Assembly: GCA_002269645.1 (NCBI GenBank)
Contig: NIVC01000121.1
Location: forward strand, 1-64,000
Reading direction: 5' to 3'
Length of the DNA stretch: 64,000 bases
From: Macrostomum lignano
Taxonomy: Eukaryota
Made by a program: the position numbers and the translations under genes
Notes under the pieces: generated by a model
What the model was told of the DNA's origin: nothing
Seen by the model: the letters and a program-made list of their open reading frames with translations, nothing else
Database searches by the model: none
Shown here: piece after piece, positions 11,568 to 22,863 of the stretch
Position numbering within the stretch: position 1 is the stretch's first letter
Layout: every line of letters begins with the position of its first letter

Positions 11568-12999
11568 ATCCCAGCCAAGGTAAATAGCAAAAATGCCTAA
11601 AAAGATATAGATGTAGTACCAATTAGTATGGAATACAATCTCTAGATTAGGCCAAAATCACAGGATTCTAAATCCTGGAATCACAATTGTCTAAGATTGT
11701 AAAATCCCAAGATTGACCATTGGGGTCCTGATCTCAGTTGCAATAATTCAATCATTCATTCTGAAGTAGTAGTATCTACAGCCAAGCTAGTTAGGTGAAA
11801 ATCATCACCTATTTGTCTTGCTTTGATTTATTAATCTTTTAAGCATGCAGGCTAGTAAGAAGACTAGGGCAAGCAAGGATACAAAACTGAAGGTATTGGC
11901 AGATTATATGGAGATGTCCCAGGGCTCTTAATTATTCTTTTGCCAGCCTTACTAGCTGCCACCAAGCTGTTACAGGGGTTATTCCTTCTTGTTAATATTG
12001 CTGGTTATTACCTGTCTTTTACTAGTAGCGCATGTACTTCTATTGGTAGCGTTTGTACTCTTATTGGTAGCATCTGTACTTTTTACTGCTAGCGTATGTA
12101 CTCTTATTGGTAGCGTCTGTACTTTTTACTGGTAGCGTATGTACTTTTACTGCACTTTCTGGCCTGAGCGGTCTTCTAGGCACTGTCTATTCTATTCCTA
12201 TACTCCTCTAAAGGTATTATTCTCAGTCCTGGGCGTTCCCAGGATCAGAGGGTCACAGCGTACTTTGCTGGGTATTCTGCCCTGAGGCGGGTTTCTCCGA
12301 CTCTTGAGTCTGGGTTTCTCTACCCTGTGGTAAGATCTCTGCCTCCTAAAGGCGATTTCTCAGATCCTATCCTAGATCTAGTTGTCTCGTTCACTGAGAA
12401 CGGGTTGAACTCTCCCAATCTTGGGGCTTCTGATGCTTTCTAAAATAACTAAGTCAGTGAGTATCGAGCAATATACTAGAACAGTTTTAGGCTTGAAGCC
12501 AGCGAAGCACAAGTTGCACAAGTTGCTCTCTTTCTTATTCGGCTTGTGTATTTATACTCCTCTCGATTTGGTCTTTTAAACAAATAAAATTTCAAAATAT
12601 TTAAAATATTTACAATATTACTAATATTATACATATTAAAACAAAATAGTCTAGTTTCAAATATACTACTTTCTAGGAAACAAACAATGCTAAAATAAGG
12701 CCTACCTCAGAGATTTTAGGTGTGTATAACAATGTATATGCAGCTATATGTATATGGTACTTATAGACTAATGTTATTATTGTTGAAAAAACTTGTAAAC
12801 AGAGCCTAAAGCCCATACTCCCAAAGATGCTATTTTGTGGGGAAAATTCTTATGTGCAACAAGGTCCCAGGCAGTTTAGTACCGTATGCATGGTATGCAA
12901 CAGAGTTGGAAAAGTTTTTTTTCAATGTGTTGCACAATAGTACCACATTTAAAGTTTTTTTGGTTTTCTATCGCTATAAGAGCTATGAACTTGCCACTA

Positions 13000-13190
13000 T
13001 AGCCATATATGCATAACCTTGGGATTCACTTGGCTATTTCTATTGGCAACACACATATGCAAGTTGCTATTGGCTGAGAGCAGTCATGTGACTACTATTC
13101 TATCCAATAGTGACTTATGTGTGTGTCTTGCCAACAGAAACAGCTGGGTGAATCCCTAGGTTGTACCCAAGCATGACTATAGCTATGCCT
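13000..13190. repeat. Decayed copy of the palindromic element at 298-511
   Basis: Colinear match differing mainly by C->T and G->A transitions. Confidence 0.8.
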
Positions 13191-15419
13191 TACTGGATTT
13201 TTTAAGGCTTTTAAAAACATTGTGATAGGGGCCTACTTTTTTAAATAATTATTCTACAATAATTATAAGACACTATGTTTGTATTACTATATGGTAATAT
13301 ATGATTATTTAGGTCACTGCAATATATAAGCATTTCTACAAGTATTGTTTATCTGCTGTCTCTCATCAATCACAGTGCTATAGCATTTTGGTGGTTATCA
13401 ATATCATGTTACCTAGTCCTAAGTCTTCTTAACATATATCTTAAGTATAGCCTTGTATGCATAGATCATATATAGCAAATACAATTCAAACTAACTGGAT
13501 TTTTTAAAATTAAAGAAATATAGGCCTACCAGTTTAACAAAATAAATAGTACTTTTATTAGAAAAAGAAAATGTTTTGTAGAAAATTTATTATATTGTTA
13601 TTATATTATATTACTTTATCTTTTAGGCATCATTATCTAGGGTATGGTACTGAAAATCAATCTAAGATGCTGAAATGCTTGGGCACTAGAAAGCATGAGC
13701 ATCAAAAAGCATGGAAACCATCATAGGTTAAGGCCATGTGGCATGACTATTAAAATATAGGCATATAGAGAAGTAATTTCTACATCTATAGACATGCAGA
13801 CAGAGTTCTTATTTTTATTGGGTATTTCTCATTTTTATTGATAAAGTTCTTTTTATATAAAACCCTGGTCCCCATGGCATGCGCCATGGCCTATACATAT
13901 CATATATAAAAAGGCTTAGGCCCTAACATTGATAAAATAGGTTAGATGAAAGAGCTTGAGCATATTGTTAGACATAGTAAATATTTGTTAACATAGCCTT
14001 AGGCCTTTATAGTTTATTTTATATGGAAAATGAAAAGCCAAAAGGCTGGTCTTAGTTATTTAAGCCCCTGCCTGCCCGCTGTCCCTAGGCCTAGGGCCCT
14101 AGCCTAGCCAAGCCGAGCCTATTTAACAAAAACAAAAATGTTACAACAGTGACTTGCACTGCTGAATAGGTCTGTTTAATGCCTTATTAATAGTAAATAA
14201 AACAAAATAATATAAATTTAGCGTTAAGGCAAAATGATATGTCCCTGATAGTGACATTCGTCGACTCATCAAAGCATGAAAACTATTGTCAAAAAATGAG
14301 CGCATGTGCAAAATTTAAAACTGTGCGGCTGTTTATGGTTGACGATGAATCCAATCCGGTTGTCTGACTTTCACTAATCAACAATCATGCCAGCTTTTTT
14401 ATCGATTAGGGCCTTAACTTTGCTTCTATATTTCGAGCAAAAAAACTTTGAATGACTGTAAAAGTATTCAGGAAGTCCATTCAGTAAAAAGTGAAGTGAT
14501 TTATCAGACTCGAGTCTTTAGATAGCTGCTGGATCTTTGATGTTGATAATTTCGAGTGAAAATTTGCCTTGGGCTGTACAGCCATATAATGTATCATGCC
14601 AACTTGCCTCGTAAACACGCAGTATTTGATGCTTTTAGCCCTAACTGACAAAAATTTCATATATGAATAAAATAGCAATTATTCCTCGACAAGATTAGGG
14701 CTTGCTACATTTCAGCACCTAATTGATGCTTTCCATCATTTCTTTGCATCCCATGCATGCCTTGTATTGTCTTTTATAATCACTGCATAAATAATTAGAT
14801 ATTTGCTCTTATATACGTACAGTATGTACCCTGACGTTTATCCATGCTACTACACAACTGCAACTAAACTCATACAAAACGTAGTATAGCTGTTGCCTGT
14901 TATAGTATCCACGCATGTATGACAGAAACGATCCAGTTGAGTAAAACTTAAATTAACTTCAATGGTACAGATAGAGTTTTTATTTATTTTATGACATGCG
15001 CATGATTGTGCTCATTCTCAAATTGCAATTTACACGTAGGAGCGTCAATAAAACAGCTAGACTGCAAGTGGGCTGAAATTAAACTTTAAACTTTAAACTT
15101 TATGGCCTTTGAGAGAATCACAGTCTTCTTTTATTACGTAGTATGTATATTTTAATAAGTGCATACTTCGCATATTTAGCAAAGGCGATCTATCCGCCGA
15201 ACGTAATTATGAAAAAGGAATTCTACCGGTACATATAAAATTTAGCAAGCTCGTATATGCGAAGGTGAAAGATGCAGAATGCGATGTCCAGGACAGCTAG
15301 CTCAAGGAGTAACTTCAGGGAAGAGGGCATGAGCTGCAGCATACGTTGAGGAGAAGAACAGCGACACACTAAAAGATATGAAACGAGGGCGGAAAAGACC
15401 ATGAGGGGAAGGACAGCAT

Positions 15420-16200
15420 ACAGCCACTGGAAGGATGTGAGGGGAGGGGCAGCAGCCACTGAAGGATGTGAGGGGAGGGGCAGCAGCCACTGAAGGATCT
15501 GAGGGGAGGGGCAGCAGGCACTGAAGGATCTGAGGGGAGGGGCAGCATGAAGGCACTGAAGGAACTGAGGGGAGAGGCAGCAGGCACTGAAGGATCTGAG
15601 GGGAGGGGCAGCAGGCACTGAAGGATGTGAGGGGAGGGGCAGCAGCCACTGAAGGATCTGAGGGGAGGGGCAGCAGGCACTGAAGGATCTGAGGGGAGGG
15701 GCAGCATGAAGGCACTGAAGGAACTGAGGGGAGAGGCAGCAGGCACTGAAGGATCTGAGGGGAGGGGCAGCAGGCACTGAAGGATCTGAGGGGAGGGGCA
15801 GCAGGCACTGAAGGATCTGAGGGGAGGGGCAGCAGTCACTGAAGGATCTGAGGGGAGGGGCAGCAGGCACTGAAGGGTCTGAGGGGAGAGGCAGCAGGCA
15901 CTGAAGGATCTGAGGGGAGGGGCAGCAGTCACTGAAGGATCTGAGGGGAGGGGCAGCAGGCACTGAAGGGTCTGAGGGGAGAGGCAGCAGGCACTGAAGG
16001 ATCTGAGGGGAGGGGCAGCAGTCACTGAAGGATCTGAGGGGAGGGGCAGCAGGCACTGAAGGGTCTGAGGGGAGAGGCAGCAGGCACTGAAGGATCTGAG
16101 GGGAGGGGCAGCAGTCACTGAAGGATCTGAGGGGAGGGGCAGCAGGCACTGAAGGGTCTGAGGGGAGAGGCAGCAGGCACTGAAGGATCTGAGGGGACGC
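15420..16200 (+). repeat. 31-bp GC-rich minisatellite with 93-bp higher-order period
   Basis: Unit GGCAGCAGGCACTGAAGGATCTGAGGGGAGG; accounts for the overlapping repeat ORFs 15223-16233. Confidence 0.95.
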
Positions 16201-16330
16201 GGGCAACAGCAGTACATGAAGCAGCAACCTCAAGTCAAGTCAAAGTCAACATTTTAGCTTAGTCGAGCCACTGGCACATGAGCACAGAACACGCAGTTCG
16301 GTTCGCTGGAAACCACAGGCAGAAAGGTGA

Positions 16331-18611
16331 TCAGCCTTCTTCCTCATCTGAAGGCAGCTGGATGGCCGCAGTGTTCAGCATGGTGCCAATTGCGTCAACC
16401 TGAAGCGCTTCAGCCTCCATGAGGAACTTTTCGCCTCCCTGCATCATCTGTTTGAACTCGCGCAGATCAATTTTGCCGTCTCCGTCTCTGTCCGCCATCT
16501 TGAGCATCTGCTCAACCTCAGCGTCAGTGAGCCGCTCGCCCAGCAGCTGCATCGCCCGCTTCAGGTCGTCGAAATTGATGAACTCTGCAGCAACGTGGAT
16601 TAAAAATTACCATAAAGCAGTTTGATGCTATGATTTATTGCCTTTCCTTCACCTAGTTTTTAGGACAATCTCTCTTGATCATTCTGTACAGGGTCACCGC
16701 TACCCTCCTCTGATCCTCCGATGCAGGGTCACCGCTACCCTCCTCTGATCCTCCGATGCAGGGTCACCGCTACCCTCCTCTGATCCTCCGATGCAGGGTC
16801 ACCGCTACCCTCCTCTGATCCTCCGATGCAGGGTCACCGCTACCCTCCTCTGATCCTCCGATGCAGGGTCACCGCTACCCTCCTCTGATCCTCCGATGCA
16901 GGGCCACCGCTACCCTCCTCTGATCCTCTGATGCAGGGTCACCGCTACCCTCCTCTGATCCTCTGATGCAGGGTCACCGCTACCCTCCTCTGATCCTCTG
17001 ATGCAGGGTCACCGCTACCCACCTCTGATCCTTCATTTGGACCCTCCTCTGATCCTTCATTTCGGTCACCGCTACCCTCCTCTGATCCTTCAGTTGGGTT
17101 ACCGCTACCCTCCCTGATCCTTCAGTTGGGTCACCGCTACCCTCCTCTGATCCTCCGATGCAGGGCCACCGCTACCCTCCTCTGATCCTTCAGTTGGGTT
17201 ACCGCTACCCTCCCTGATCCTTCAGTTGGGTCACCGCTACCCTCCTCTGATCCTTCAGTTGGGTCACCGCTACCCTCCTCTGATCCTCCGATGCAGGGTC
17301 ACCGCTACCCTCCTCTGATCCTTCATTTGGACCCTCTTCTGATCCTTCATTTCGGTCACCGCTACCCTCCTCTGATCCTTCAGTTGGGTTACCGCTACAT
17401 TCCCTGATCCTTCAGTTGGGTCACCGCTACCCTCCTCTGATCCTCCGATGCAGGGTCACCGCTACCCTCCTCTGATCCTTCATTTGGACCCTCTTCTGAT
17501 CCTTCATTTCGGTCACCGCTACCCTCCTCTGATCCTTCAGTTGGGTCACCGCTACCCTCCTCTGATCCTTCAGTTGGGTCACCGCTACCCTTCTCTGATC
17601 CTTCAGTTGGGTCACCGTTACCCTTCTCTGATCCTTCAGTTGGGTCACCGCTACCCTTCTCTGATCCTTCAGTTGGATCACCGCTACCCTCCTCTGATCC
17701 TTCAGTTGGGTCACCGCTACCCTTCTCTGATCCTTCAGTTGGATCACCGCTACCCTCCTCTGATCCTTCAGTTGGGTCACCGTTACCCTTCTCTGATCCT
17801 TCAGTTGGGTCACCGTTACCCTTCTCTGATCCTTCAGTTGGATCACCGCTACCCTCCTCTGATCCTTCAGTTGGGTCACCGTTACCCTTCTCTGATCCCT
17901 CAACATGCGCCACTACATTTTACAAGCGTATTAAAGCACATGATAGCTCGTACAAAACCATTTGATGCAGAAACTGATGCAGTTAATCTTTGAAAATTAA
18001 TTTAGCAATTAAGCCTAGGTACTCAATGAATTGAACTCACTGTCGCCATCCAAATCGAACTGTCTGAAGGCTTCCAGAACTTCCGCATCCGGTACCGAGT
18101 CCGTCACTCGATGCTTCATCACGTGCTTGAACTCGTCAAAGTCCACTGTTCCATTGCCGTCTTTGTCGATTTCTTGGATCATTTTCTGAAAAATTGATTA
18201 GCGGTAATTTGGTTGCTGGGGACGTCACTTAGAGCACATGGAGCGCCAATCTGGTTGCCAGGGACGCCAATTGCCAGGTGCCTGGAGCGCAAATTTGGTT
18301 GCTAGGGACGCCAATTAGAGAGCCTGGAGCGCAAATTTGGTTGCTAGGGCCGCCAGTTAGAGTGCCTGGAGCGCCAATTTGGTTGCTAGGGACGCCAGTT
18401 AGAGCGCATGCAGCGCAAATAAATCTAATTGCTTAACAGTCTCTGTCACCTTGAGCTCATCGTCAGACGGTTTGAAACCGAAGGCGCGCATCGCATTCTC
18501 CAGCTCCTTGATGGTGATGTCCCCGCTGCCGTCTTCGTCGAACAGGGAGAATGCTTCGCGTAGCTCTTCGATCTGCTCATCTGTCAGCTCGTCGTCGCTG
18601 TCCGTTGCCAT
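16331..18611 (-). CDS. Centrin/caltractin-like 4-EF-hand protein, 186 aa; exons 18611-18450, 18185-18041, 16584-16331
   Basis: [25 protein letters not shown]...ELK|[19 protein letters not shown] matches the centrin pattern. GT-AG introns of phase 0 and 1 join in frame. Acidic C-terminal extension. Confidence 0.85.
16690..17900 (+). repeat. 33/35-bp minisatellite in centrin intron 2
   Basis: Unit GGGTCACCGCTACCCTCCTCTGATCCTTCAGTT and a 35-bp variant. Confidence 0.95.
18205..18420 (+). repeat. 42-bp minisatellite (about 5 copies) in centrin intron 1
   Basis: Unit TGGAGCGCCAATTTGGTTGCTAGGGACGCCAATTAGAGTGCC. Confidence 0.85.
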
Positions 18612-18617
18612 GGCAAC
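18604..18617. promoter_or_regulatory. Perfect palindromic RFX X-box GTTGCCATGGCAAC overlapping the centrin ATG
   Basis: Exact 14-bp match to the canonical X-box; function is inferred. Confidence 0.6.
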
Positions 18618-19067
18618 TAATATAAATTAACAATAAATTCAGTATGTTTCAATTTACAATTATAAAGTAGAAGTTTTCTTTCTAATGCAGACGCAAAGAA
18701 ACTAGCTGTACGTGCTTGCGAGCCTAGCGATGCCAAATAGAACAGGACTACTTATGCCCGCCCGCTGGGGTGCCAGTTAAGCACCCAGCCTTTACCCCGA
18801 CTCGGCTTGCCATACATAAAGCGCCCAATCTTGCCTTGAAAGCCGCTGGCCCAATGAAATGAAATGAGCAAACGGTGCTTTGAGCTTTGAGAGATGCGAC
18901 TTAGCAGTAGAAGCTACACTATTGTATTGTTATAATGGGCGCTATAAAATTCGTTTGAGCAGATACGGAAAATGCGTTGTTGGCAACACTTCTAGTCTAC
19001 GGTCCTGCATCTCTCTGTATAGTGCCCCAGTTCGTGGCTTCTATCGTGCATTAATATCAGTCTAAAA

Positions 19068-19636
19068 TAGGGGTCGGTTGATTTTCTTACCTCAATGGGC
19101 CGGAAAGATAATCTAAAGCATGACTGCGCGGGCCAGAGGAGGGGAGAGAGGACATGGTCAAAGGAAATCTTGTGAGTGTAGTAGAGAGTTAGAAGAAAGG
19201 AGAGGCGAGGGAATAAAGGAGAAGAGAGGAGAGACAAAATAGGAGACAGTGGAGAGGGACAGTGGGAGAGGACAGTGGAGAGGAGAGGAAATAAGGGAGA
19301 AGGGAGTAGAGAAGATAAGAGGAGAGGAGAGGAGAGGAGAGCAGAGGAGAGGGGAGGAGAGGAAAGGAGAAGAGAGGGGAGGAGAGGAGGTGGGGAGGAG
19401 AGGTGGGGAGGAGATGTGGGAGGAGAGGAGGTGGGAAGGAGAGAAAGGAGAGAAGGGAGAGGAGAGGAGAGGAGAGGAGAGAAAACATATTATTGGAGAG
19501 AGAGAGAGAGATGAGAAGAGATGAGCCCTGAGCTGTGGCAGGATTGCAATTGTGAAGTTCTAAAGGACCCGAGGGCCGGATAGAAGAGGCTTCGCGGGCC
19601 ATTTGTGGTCCTCGGGCCTGAGTTTGTCAACCCCCG
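19068..19636 (-). mobile_element. hAT-like MITE with expanded GA-rich core
   Basis: TAGGGGTCGGTTGA ... GTCAACCCCCG; near-TSD GTCTAAAA/GCTTAAAA; homologous to 9101-9408. Confidence 0.75.
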
Positions 19637-19723
19637 GCTTAAAAGAATAACGATGATACACTCTAAGAGTGTTAGAATGGCTGAAAAATAGCTGATGAAT
19701 ACGCACGACCTTCCAACGCTCAG

Positions 19724-19955
19724 CGGGGGGGGAGCAAGAGCAACTCAACCGCAAACGCGTCTGACTTGCGCGCCAAGGTTCTTGGTTCGATTCCGTGCGG
19801 GGATTAACATTGGCGGGGAATGTCGTGCGATCCACACCCAACCCCAAGTCACAGAGAGAGTACATGCCTCACGATTAGACAGTCAGGGCTTCTGTGCACC
19901 CTGTGTGAGCGTGTGTACAAGTGCTGTGCCACAGTACAGTACCGTATCAAAATCA
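19724..19955 (+). mobile_element. tRNA-derived SINE family C (single copy seen)
   Basis: tRNA-like head with B box GGTTCGATTCC near 19785; body shares a motif with SINE family B. Confidence 0.5.
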
Positions 19956-19969
19956 CTCTGATACTGGTT

Positions 19970-20150
19970 GGCTGGTAATCTGTCTAACAGGTTGGTTGGT
20001 AATCTGTCTAACAGGTTGGTTGGTAATCTGTCTAACAGGTTGGTTGATAGTCTGTCTAACAGGTTGGTTGGTAATCTGTCTAACAGGTTGGTTGGTGATC
20101 TGTCTAACAATTTTGTTGGTTATTAGAGTAGTTTTACACTGTCTAACAGA
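19970..20150 (+). repeat. 24-bp minisatellite GGTTGGTAATCTGTCTAACAGGTT
   Basis: About 6 copies. Confidence 0.9.
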
Positions 20151-20950
20151 AGCATAGATTGGCCTTAGAGCAGCAGTTTCAGTGACATGTGCTTTTTCAA
20201 CCCTTAATCAATTCCTTGTAGGCTAGCCAACGCATAATTAAAGTCAATTCCTGCAGTACAGCGGCTGTCCACACAGAGGGTCTGTCTACAAGTAGAACCT
20301 CCTCTACTCTTTGAATTTAATTAGTGAAACTTAAATTATAAGCAAACATTATGTTTGGGTTTAGCATACATGATGAACTGTTAAACACGAACTGCAGAGC
20401 CGTCTCTATCCGGTGAATGAAGCCTGCGTGTTCTGGTTCTTCGGCTCTGCTCACAGCTTGCCGAACTAGGTAGCTGTGGCTACATCTAGTAGTATCGATA
20501 GCTTTTTTAGTTGGCAGGATGGCTACAAAGATTGCATGCGAATGCGGACTGTCTTACGAATGCACATTATAAATTGAGCGTATATTCAAATATATTTCTT
20601 GTTTTAATGCGCTGTTGAACTAGCAGAGCAATACGTATAAAACTTTAAGAAAAAAATTTGGTCTTCTTATAAAAAAAATTTGTAAGCATATACTCGTATA
20701 CTCGTAGAGCAGGAATAGGGATTGATCTGTATTTAGACTTGCAGTACCGTATTATTCTTGGTAGAAAATAAGGTTGATTTCTATATAAAACTTACTGTAA
20801 ATCTTTTCGATTCGAATTTTGGACGGAATATTTCGAGTTATTCGCAATGACCGGCATTTAAATATTACTTAGACTCACGGTGGAGAGAGTTCTATCAGAT
20901 AGCTATAGAGGTACAGTGAGTACTATTATTATTAACGTTGTGTTAAGAGA

Positions 20951-21171
20951 CCGCCATTTTTGGCGCCTCAATAGGCCAGATGACGTCATCCGACACCAAT
21001 CTCACTCCGCGTAGGCTCGCAGCCAATCAGATTTTAGATGGCCAGTCGACAGTTTTAAAAGTCTCTCCCTCTCTCTCCCTAGCCCTCCCAGCCAATCAGA
21101 TTTTAACTAGCCAGTCGACAGTTTGAAAAGTCTCTCCCTCTCTCTCTCCCTAGCCTTTCTCAGCCAATCAG
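20951..21171 (-). promoter_or_regulatory. Putative TATA-less promoter: YY1, E2F, CRE and four CCAAT boxes
   Basis: CCGCCATTTT 20951; TTTGGCGC about 20959; GATGACGTCATC 20979-20990; CCAAT at 20996, 21023, 21092 and 21164. Confidence 0.5.
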
Positions 21172-22863
21172 ATCTCGCGGGTCAGACAGGCTAGGATGAT
21201 GTCGGCGTTGGCCACCTGTTGCCGCTTCTCCCGCTCGGCTGCGCCGGCCTCCGAGGTGTACCAGGCGTGGAACTGCTCGCTGGAGCGCCAGGCATCGATC
21301 ATGTAGTAACCGGGCGACCGCAGACCGCGCACCTTGTGCACCCGGCCGGTAGCCGCCACGCAGGGGAAGCCGCCTGCGGCGCGTACGCACTCGGCGTGAC
21401 TGCCCAAGGTGTCGTTGCTCGGCCCGGCACCCTCGCGAACATCCAAGTCGATGATGGACAGGACAGGATAGTCTGGAGTGGATTTCAGCTTGGATGTATA
21501 AACTTAACTAGGATATTTCTATTTTGCGTAATACTGAGTTTTTTAGCATCCCTGTATCCATATCCTATATTGGAAATTTCTTGTCAAAACTGGCTGGTGA
21601 GTTGTCGTGTGAGTCACAGCCAGGAGGACCAATCCTAAAGGCACAAATTGTGTACAAATGCTCGACAAGTAGAAGGCCAGGGCCGCTGTACACCCTCTGT
21701 GAGCGTGTCAAGGCTAACGGGGGGATTTACAAGATATCAAGTCTTAGGTCGAAAGCTACATGTAATTTATTCAAACTTTTGTATTCCATTCTTTGTTGGT
21801 TCCCCAACGGGGGGCGCTGATTGCTAGTCCATATACTAAAAATGTTGGTATATAAGTTCAGGTCTCACCGGTAGGGATCGAGTTGCACAGCGGCACACAG
21901 TACATTTCCACCTGTTCAAGGAAGTCCTGAGCACGGAACACCGGATCGCTGGTGGTCCATTTGGCGCATTCGCGACCCTGCTCAAAGATTAGCACACCTA
22001 GGCCGTAGTTTTTCGGCCAGCAGCCTTCGATAGACTCAACCTGGTTAGACAGAAAGATGCTAAAGTGAATTTTTGGGAGCGAAACCTGGAACTCAAGCAA
22101 AGTGACTCACCGTCTCGCAGTGGCCCAGCAGGTTGCCAGTGTACTGCTTCATCACGCTGGCCTGTCTAACGCAGGCGTTGCAGAAGTTTCGATGCAGGCT
22201 GCTCTGGAATCCAATGAGCACAGCGACACGGTCGCCACTCTGGCAGTCTTTTAAAGCGCTGGACTTCTGAAAGGCAATTTGGGGGGGGGGGCAAGGATGA
22301 TACTAATGTGACGCGAATGATGATACTAATGCAACGCTAATCATGATACTAATGCGACGCTAATCATGATACTCATGTGACGCTAGTTATGATACTCATG
22401 TGACGCTAATTATGATGCTAATGTGACGCTAATTATGATGCTAATGTGACGGTAAATATGAGACTAATTTGACGCTAATTATGAGACTAATGTGACGCTA
22501 ATTATGATACTAATTCCAATATACTAAAAATGAGTTGTCTGTCGGTATGCGATAGATTTCAGAAAAAATTTAATGCTAATTTTGATACTAATCAGGCGCT
22601 ACTGATGATACTAATTAGGTGATAATGATAACTAATTAGGCGCCAATGATAACTAATCTAGGCGCCGATGATAACTATGAGCGTATTAATCATTGTTATC
22701 ATTATCTACAACCCAAAAGTGTCTGATTAAAATAACTAACATTCAAAAATCAGACTTCAGCTCACCTCGCAGCTCATAATGTTCAGTAAACTGTCTTGAG
22801 CAGTGCAGGAAAATGAATCAGATTTAGTTGGAGTAACAGGCCACTGAGAAACGGTTAGCTCTG
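21168..22863 (-). CDS. Tandem DUF1330-like (dimeric alpha-beta barrel) protein; exons 22863-22766, 22266-22111, 22040-21869, 21472-21168; 5' exon uncertain
   Basis: All GT-AG junctions are phase-compatible. Two repeats of the DUF1330 pattern: KQYTGNLLGHCETVESIEGCWP...VLIF and AAGGFPCVAATGRVHKVRG...WRSSEQFHAWYTS...RQQVANADII. Confidence 0.7.
21549..21827 (+). mobile_element. Short non-autonomous Helitron, intronic
   Basis: A|TC start; 3' hairpin CCCCAACGGGG followed about 11 nt later by CTAG|T. Confidence 0.7.
22298..22680 (+). repeat. Degenerate 21-22-bp ATGATACTAATGTGACGCTAATT repeat containing a 5' Helitron fragment (22515-22570)
   Basis: Fragment TCCAATATACTAAAAATGAGTTGTCTGTCGGTATGCGATAGATTTCAG matches the 24260 terminus. 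Confidence 0.75.

Noticed and set aside
15223-16233. Long Pro/Cys/Leu-rich ORFs in three frames
   Set aside because: Translations of the 31-bp minisatellite.
17395-17993. Repetitive ORFs (GDPTEGSE.., [11 protein letters not shown]..)
   Set aside because: Translations of the intronic 33-bp repeat.
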